64,000 bases of DNA from the human T2T-CHM13v2.0 reference genome, Homo sapiens: assembly GCF_009914755.1 (NCBI RefSeq), contig NC_060944.1; one strand, written 5' to 3'. Of the stretch, positions 56,201 to 64,000 are shown in pieces. Within the stretch, counting starts at the first letter, position 1; each line of letters begins with the position of its first letter. Both the position numbers and the translations under genes were made by a program. The notes below the pieces were generated by a model, which ran no database searches, was not told the origin of the DNA, and was given only the letters and a program-made list of their open reading frames with translations.

Positions 56201-58640
56201 ATCGAACGGAAAGGAATACAAGGGCATGGAATGGAATAGAGTTAACTGGAATGGAATGGAATGGAATGGAAACAACACGAGTGGAATGAAATGGAAAGGA
56301 GCGGAATGGACAGGAAAGGAATGGAAAGGAACTGAATGTAATGGAATCGAATGGAGTGGAATTGAATGGAATGGAAGGGAATCAATGTGAGTGAAATGGA
56401 ATGGAACGGAATGGAGGGGAATGGAATGGAATGGAATGGAATGCAATGGAATCAATTCGAGTGCAATGGAATGGAATGGAATGGAATGGAGTAAATAAAA
56501 TGGAATTTATTTGAATGGAATGGAATCAACTGGAATGGAATGGAATGGAATGGAATGGAATGGAATGGAATCAACCCTTCTGAAATGTGAAAAAAAGGAA
56601 TGGAATGGAATCAACAAAAGTGGAATGGAATAGAAAGGAATACAATGGAATGGAATGGAATAAACCGAAGTGGAATGGAATGGAATGGAATGCAATGGAT
56701 TCGAATGGAATTTAATTAACCCGATTGGAATGGAGTGAAATGGAATGGAATGGAATGGAAAGAAGCCGATTGGAATACAGTGGACTGCAAAGGAATGGAA
56801 TTCAAAGGGATGGAATGGAATGGAATGGAATGGAATGCATTGGAATCCACCCGATTAGAATGGAAAGGAACGGCATGGAATGGAATGGAATGGAATGGAA
56901 TGGAATGGAATGGAATGGAATGGAATGGAATGCAATGGAATGGAAAGGAATGCAAGGGCATGGAATGGAATGGAGTCAACAGGAATGGAATGGAATGGAA
57001 TGGAACCAACACGAGTGGAATGAAATGGAAAGGAGCGGAATGGACAGGAAAGGAATGGAAAGGAACTGAAGGTAATGGAATCGAATGGAGTGGAATTGAA
57101 TGGAATGGAATGGAATCAATGTGAGTGAAATGGAATGGAATGGAACGTAATGGAGGGGAATGGAATGGAATGGAATGGAATGCAATGGAATCAATGCGAG
57201 TGCAATGGAATGGAATGGAATGGAATGGAGTAAATAAAATGGAATTTATTTGAATGGAATGGAATAAACGGGAATGGAATGGAATGGAATGGAATGGAAT
57301 GGAATGGAATGGAATGGAATGGTATGGAATGGAATGTCATGAAATGGAATGGAATGGAATGGAATTAACAAGAATGGAAAGGAATGGAATGGAATGGAAT
57401 GGAATGGAATGGAATGGAGAGGAGGCAAACCGAGTGGAATGGAATGGATTGCAATGGAATAGAAAGGAATGGAATGGAACGGAATGGAATGCAACGGAAT
57501 GGAGTGGAATGGAATGGAATGGAATAGAATGGAATGGAATGGAATGGAATCAATGTAAGTGTAATTGAATGGAATGGAATGGAATGGAGTGGAATTGATT
57601 GGAATTGATATGAATGGAAAGGAATCAACTGGAATGGAACGGAATGGAATGGAATGGAATGGAATGGAATGGAATGGAATCAACTAGAATGGAAAGGAAT
57701 GGAATGGAATGCAATGGAATGGAATTGAATGGAATGGAATCAACCCTTGTGAAATGTAACGCAAAGCAATGGAATGGAATGGAATGGAATGGAATGGAAT
57801 GGAATGGAATGGAATGGAATCAATAAAAGTGGAATGGAATGGAATGGAATACAACGGAATGGAATGGAATGGAATGGAATGGAATGGAATGGAATGGAAT
57901 ACTCCGGAGTGGAATGGAATGGAATGGAATGCAATGGATTCGATTGGAATTTAACTAACCCGATTGGAATGGAGCAGAATGGAATGGAATGGAACGGAAA
58001 GAAGCCGATTGGTATGCAGTGGACTGCAAAGGCATGGAATTGAAAGGGATGGAATGGAATGGAATGGAATGGAATCAACCCGAGTGGAATGGAATGGAAT
58101 GGAATGGAATGGAAAAGAATGGAATGGAATGCAATCAACCCGAATGCAATGGAATGGGGTGGAATGGAATGGAATGGAATGGAATGGATTGGAATGGAAT
58201 GGAATCGAATGCAATGGAATGGAATAGCGTGGAATGTAATGGAATGCAATGGAAAGGAATCAAGCCAGGTGGAATCGAAAGGAATGGAATGGAATTGAAT
58301 GCAATGGAATTGAATGGAATCAAACCGAGTGGAATGTAATGGCATGGAATGGAGTGGAATCGAATGGAAAGGATTCAACGCGATTGGAAAGAAAGGGAAT
58401 GGAATGGAATGGAATCAACCCGAGTGGAATGGAGTGCAACGGAATGGAATGAAATGGAATGGAATGGAATGGAATGGAATGGAATGGAATCAACGTGATT
58501 GTAAAGGAATAAAATGAAATGGAATGAAATGGAATGCAATTCAATCAACTCGATTGGAAAGGAATGGTTGGAATGGAAATGAAAGGAATGGAATGGAATA
58601 AAATCAACCCGAATGGAATGGAATGGAATGGAATGGAATT
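53085..58640 (+). repeat. ~5.55 kb higher-order repeat, copy 1
   Basis: Identical or near-identical ORF pairs: 53148/58703, 53498/59058, 53844/59404, 55062/60612, 56086/61626, 57614/63144, 58249/63764. Private landmarks GAGTAAAGCTGAGTAG (~53726/~59286) and CCCTTCTGAAATGTGAAAAAAAGG (~56575/~62120). Confidence 0.95.
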
Positions 58641-61600
58641 TAATGGAATGGAATGGAATGGAATGGAATCAACCCGAGTGGAATTGAATGGAATGAAATG
58701 GAATGCAATGTAATCGAATGGAACCAATAAGAGTGGAATGGATTGGAATGGAATGGAATGCAATGGAAGGGAATGGAATCAACGCGAGTGCAATGGAATG
58801 GAATGGAATGGAATGGAATGGAATGGAATGGAATGGAAAGGAATGTAATGGAAAGGAATGGAATGGAATACACCAGAGTGGAATGGAATAGAATGTAAAG
58901 GAATGGAGTGGAATCAACCCTAGTGGAATGGAATGGAATGGAATGGAATGGAATGGAATGGAATGGAATGGAATGGAATGGATTGGAATCAAACCGAGTG
59001 GAATGGAATGCAATGCAATGGAATGGAAAGGAATGGAATGGAATGAAATAAACCTGAATGGAATGGAATAGAATGGAATGGAATGGAATAGAATGGAATG
59101 GAGTGGATTGGAATCAATCTGAGTGGAATGGAAAGGAATGGAAAGGAATGGAATTGAAGAGAATTGAATGTAATGTAAAGGAATGGAATGGAATGGAATG
59201 GAATCTAATGGAATGGAATGGAATGCAATGGAATCAAACAGAGTAGAATTGAGTGTAATGGATCGAAACGGAAAGGAATGGAATGGAGTAAAGCTGAGTA
59301 GAATGCTATGGAAGGGAATGGAATCAAATGGAATGGAATGGCATTGAGTGGAATCAACACGAGTGGAATGGAATGGAATGGAGTGGATTGGAAAGTTATG
59401 GAATCAACCCGAATGGAATGTAATAGAATGGAATGGAATGGAATCCAGTGGAATTAACCCGAGTGGAATGGAATGGTATGGAGTGAAATGGAACGGAATG
59501 GAATGGTATGGAATGGAATGGAATGAAAAGGAAAGGAAAGCAATCGAATCAAAACGAGTGGAATGGAATGGAATGTAAAGAAATGGAGTGGAATTCAATA
59601 GAATCAACACGAGTGGAATGGAATGGAATGGAATGGAATGGAATGGAATGGAATCAACTAGAATGGAAAGGAATGGAATGGAATGGAATGCAGTGGAATG
59701 GAATGGACTGGAATCAACCAGTGTGGAATGTAACGCAAAGGAATGGAGTGGAATGGAATGGAATGGAATCATCAAAAGTGTAATGGAAGGGAATGGAATA
59801 CAATGGAATGGGATGGAATGGAAAGCAATGGAGTCAACCCGAATGGAATCGAATGGAATGGAATGCAATGGAATGAAATGGAATGGACTAGAATGGAATG
59901 GGATGGAATGGAATCAAACCGAGTGGAGTGGAAGGGAATTGAATGGAATAAATTGGAATGGAAAGGAATGGAATGGAATGGAATGGAATGGAATGGAATG
60001 GAATGGAATCAACCAGAGTGGAATGGAATGGAATGGAATGGAATGGAATGGAATCGGATAGAATGGAATCAAACCGAGTGGAGTGGAATGGAATTGAATG
60101 TAATGGAATGGAATAAATTGGAATGGAAAGGAATGGAATGGAATGGAGTGGAATCAACCAGAGTGGAATGGAATTGAATGGAATGGAATGGAATGCAATA
60201 GAATCCAATCCAGTGTAAAGAATGGAACGGAATGGAATGCAATGGAATGGAATGGATTGGAATGGAATCACCCCGTGTGTAATGGAAAGAATGGAATGGA
60301 ATGGAAAGCAATGGCATGGAATGGAATGGAAAGGAAACGAATGGAATGGAATGGAATGGAATGGAATGGAATGGAATGGAATGGAATGGAATGGAATGGA
60401 ATCAACCCGGGTGGAATGTAATGTAATGAAATGGAATGGAATGGAATAAAATGGATTGGAATCTACCTGCGTGGAATGTAGTGCATTCGAATGGAACGGA
60501 ATCAACAAGATAGGAATTGAATGAAATGGAATGGAATTCAATGGAATGGAATGGAATGGAATGGAATGGAATCAACCCAAATGGAATGTAATGAAATGGA
60601 ATTGAATGGAATTACCCCGAGTGAAATGGCATGGAAAGGAACGGAATAGAATTTAATGGAATGGAATGGCATGCAATGGAATCAACACGAGTGCAATGGA
60701 ATGGCATGAAATGGAATGCAATGCAATGGAATGGAACCAATAAGAGTGGAATGGATTGGAATGGAATGGAATGGAATGGAATGAAAGGGAATGGAATCAA
60801 CCCGAGTGGAATGGAATGGAATGGAATGGAATGGAATGGAATGCAATGGAATGGAATACACCAGAGTGGAATGGAATAGAATGGAATGGAATGGAGTGGA
60901 ATCAACCCCAGTGGAATGGAATGGAATGGAATGGAATGGAATGGAATGGGATGGAATGGGTTGGAATCAAACCGAGTGGAATGGAATGGAATGCAATGGA
61001 ATGGAAAGGAATGGAATGGAATGAAATAAACCCGAATGGAATGGAATGGAATGGAATGGAATGGAATGGAATGGAATGGAATAGAATGGAAAGGAATGCA
61101 ATGGAATGGATTGAAATGGAATGGAAAGGAATAAAATCAAGTGAAATTCGATGGAATGGATTGGAATGGAATGGAATGGAAAGGAATAGAATGGAATGGA
61201 ATGGAATGGAATGGAATGGAATGGAATGGAATCCACACAAGTGGAATGTAATGGATTGGAATGGATTGCAATGGAATGGAATGGAATGGAATGGAATGGA
61301 CTTCACACGAGTGCAACGGAATGGAATGGAATGGAACCAACCCGAGTGGAATGGAATGGAATGGAAATTAATGGAATGGAATGGAATGGAATCAACCCGA
61401 GTGGAATCGAATGGAATGCAATGAAATGGTTTGGAATGGTGTGGAATGGAATGGAATGGAATGCAATGGAATGGAATCAAAGCGAGTGGAATGGAATGGA
61501 ATGAAATGGAATGGAATGTAATCAACACCAGTGGAATGGAAGGGAATGGAATGGGATGGGACGGAATGGAATGGAATGCAATGCAATGGAATCAACCCGA

Positions 61601-64000
61601 GTAGAATGGAAAGGAATGGAATGGAATGGAATGGAATTTAATGGAATGGAATGGAATGGAATGCAATTCAATCCACCCGATTAGAATGCAAAAGAATGGC
61701 ATGGAATGGAATGGAATGGAATGGAATGGAATGGAATGGAATCGAACGGAAAGGAATACAAGGGCATGGAATGGAATAGAGTTAACTGGAATGGAATGGA
61801 ATGGAATGGAAACAACACGAGTGGAATGAAATGGAAAGGAGCGGAATGGACAGGAAAGGAATGGAAAGGAACTGAATGTAATGGAATCGAATGGAGTGGA
61901 ATTGAATGGAATGGAAGGGAATCAATGTGAGTGAAATGGAATGGAACGGAATGGAGGGGAATGGAATGGAATGGAATGGAATGCAATGGAATCAATTCGA
62001 GTGCAATGGAATGGAATGGAATGGAATGGAGTAAATAAAATGGAATTTATTTGAATGGAATGGAATCAACTGGAATGGAATGGAATGGAATGGAATGGAA
62101 TGGAATGGAATGGAATCAACCCTTCTGAAATGTGAAAAAAAGGAATGGAATGGAATCAACAAAAGTGGAATGGAATAGAAAGGAATACAATGGAATGGAA
62201 TGGAATAAACCGAAGTGGAATGGAATGGAATGGAATGCAATGGATTCGAATGGAATTTAATTAACCCGATTGGAATGGAGTGAAATGGAATGGAATGGAA
62301 TGGAAAGAAGCCGATTGGAATACAGTGGACTGCAAAGGAATGGAATTCAAAGGGATGGAATGGAATGGAATGGAATGGAATGCATTGGAATCCACCCGAT
62401 TAGAATGGAAAGGAACGGCATGGAATGGAATGGAATGGAATGGAATGGAATGGAATGGAATGGAATGGAATGCAATGGAATGGAAAGGAATGCAAGGGCA
62501 TGGAATGGAATGGAGTCAACAGGAATGGAATGGAATGGAATGGAACCAACACGAGTGGAATGAAATGGAAAGGAGCGGAATGGACAGGAAAGGAATGGAA
62601 AGGAACTGAAGGTAATGGAATCGAATGGAGTGGAATTGAATGGAATGGAATGGAATCAATGTGAGTGAAATGGAATGGAATGGAACGTAATGGAGGGGAA
62701 TGGAATGGAATGGAATGGAATGCAATGGAATCAATGCGAGTGCAATGGAATGGAATGGAATGGAATGGAGTAAATAAAATGGAATTTATTTGAATGGAAT
62801 GGAATAAACGGGAATGGAATGGAATGGAATGGAATGGAATGGAAAGGAATGGAATGGAATGGTATGGAATGGAATGTCATGAAATGGAATGGAATGGAAT
62901 GGAATTAACAAGAATGGAAAGGAATGGAATGGAATGGAATGGAATGGAGAGGAGGCAAACCGAGTGGAATGGAATGGATTGCAATGGAATAGAAAGGAAT
63001 GGAATGGAACGGAATGGAATGCAACGGAATGGAGTGGAATGGAATGGAATGGAATAGAATGGAATGGAATGGAATGGAATCAATGTAAGTGTAATTGAAT
63101 GGAATGGAATGGAATGGAGTGGAATTGATTGGAATTGATATGAATGGAAAGGAATCAACTGGAATGGAACGGAATGGAATGGAATGGAATGGAATGGAAT
63201 GGAATGGAATCAACTAGAATGGAAAGGAATGGAATGGAATGCAATGGAATGGAATTGAATGGAATGGAATCAACCCTTGTGAAATGTAACGCAAAGCAAT
63301 GGAATGGAATGGAATGGAATGGAATGGAATGGAATGGAATGGAATGGAATCAATAAAAGTGGAATGGAATGGAATGGAATACAACGGAATGGAATGGAAT
63401 GGAATGGAATGGAATACTCCGGAGTGGAATGGAATGGAATGGAATGCAATGGATTCGATTGGAATTTAACTAACCCGATTGGAATGGAGCAGAATGGAAT
63501 GGAATGGAACGGAAAGAAGCCGATTGGTATGCAGTGGACTGCAAAGGCATGGAATTGAAAGGGATGGAATGGAATGGAATGGAATGGAATCAACCCGAGT
63601 GGAATGGAATGGAATGGAATGGAATGGAAAAGAATGGAATGGAATGCAATCAACCCGAATGCAATGGAATGGGGTGGAATGGAATGGAATGGAATGGAAT
63701 GGATTGGAATGGAATGGAATCGAATGCAATGGAATGGAATAGCGTGGAATGTAATGGAATGCAATGGAAAGGAATCAAGCCAGGTGGAATCGAAAGGAAT
63801 GGAATGGAATTGAATGCAATGGAATTGAATGGAATCAAACCGAGTGGAATGTAATGGCATGGAATGGAGTGGAATCGAATGGAAAGGATTCAACGCGATT
63901 GGAAAGAAAGGGAATGGAATGGAATGGAATCAACCCGAGTGGAATGGAGTGCAACGGAATGGAATGAAATGGAATGGAATGGAATGGAATGGAATGGAAT
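58640..64000 (+). repeat. ~5.5 kb higher-order repeat, copy 2 (runs to window end, nearly complete)
   Basis: Collinear with 53085-58490; offset drifts from 5555 to 5515 in multiples of 5. Confidence 0.95.

Larger units (their letters stand above)
1..64000 (+). repeat. Satellite 3 (HSat3/SatIII), (GGAAT)n pentamer array with CAACCCGAGT interruptions
   Basis: Seen: GGAAT pentamers from first to last base, with variants (GCAAT, GGAAA, GGAGT, TGAAT, GGATT, AGAAT) and recurrent CAACCCGAGT-type decamers (e.g. 9, 784, 1019, 63931). Established: GGAAT plus CAACCCGAGT is diagnostic of satellite 3, whereas HSat2 is dominated by a CATTCGATTC/ATGATG-type ~23-26 bp unit, which is not seen here. The G-rich strand is + throughout. 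Confidence 0.98.

Noticed and set aside
56575-56600. A-run GTGAAAAAAAGG as a retroposon tail or terminator
   Set aside because: It is only 7 A, stays in pentamer register and aligns with GTAACGCAAAG-type variants in paralogues.
92-63967. Hundreds of ORFs of 60-315 aa on both strands
   Set aside because: All are MEWNG or FHSIP translations of the pentamer, overlapping in every frame with no domain-like sequence. They are expected from a stop-free repeat, so no CDS is called.
1-64000. CRISPR-like repeat/spacer pattern from recurring CAACCCGAGT
   Set aside because: The motif is only ~10 bp, irregularly spaced and degenerate. The intervening sequence is GGAAT repeat rather than unique spacers, and there are no cas genes.
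1-64000. HSat2, alpha satellite, telomeric repeat or DYZ1 assignment
   Set aside because: No HSat2-type 23-26 bp unit, no 171 bp monomer or CENP-B box, no TTAGGG tract and no sustained ~3.6 kb period. The single ~3.4 kb offset (20.6/24.0 kb) does not repeat.
1-64000. Alu/L1 insertion or strand inversion
   Set aside because: I saw no non-satellite stretch, poly(A) tail or target-site duplication, and no switch to (ATTCC)n on the + strand.
1-64000. AATAAA hexamers as polyadenylation signals; canonical heat-shock elements; DUX4 sites
   Set aside because: AATAAA arises readily from pentamer variants and has no gene context. The nGAAn units are direct repeats, and I found no convincing alternating nGAAnnTTCn triplets. 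TGATTGGAATT does not fit the DUX4 consensus TAAYYYAATCA.
1-64000. G-quadruplex or hairpin as a locus-specific feature
   Set aside because: There are few G3+ tracts. Sheared G.A fold-back structures of (GGAAT)n are a known generic property of the family and cannot be localised from sequence alone.

Overview
The whole 64 kb is one uninterrupted, single-orientation array of classical satellite 3 (HSat3/SatIII): diverged (GGAAT)n pentamers on the + strand, (ATTCC)n on the - strand, punctuated by the CAACCCGAGT decamer and its variants. This is pericentromeric or acrocentric heterochromatin of human or a closely related ape; chromosome and subfamily cannot be assigned by eye. I found no genes, RNA genes, transposons, CRISPR arrays or unique sequence. 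Every ORF in the track is an artefact of the stop-free pentamer (MEWNG / FHSIP). The real signal is architectural. About 1-53 kb is a diverged patchwork of dispersed and nested duplications, including a ~9.4 kb block copied ~13.1-13.5 kb downstream and local 45-950 bp tandem duplications. At ~53.1 kb it switches to a near-identical ~5.5 kb higher-order repeat whose unit is assembled from upstream modules. I cannot support a novel protein-coding system here. Boundaries were read manually from landmark variants and ORF-track offsets and are approximate (tens of bp, since edges fall in pure GGAAT).
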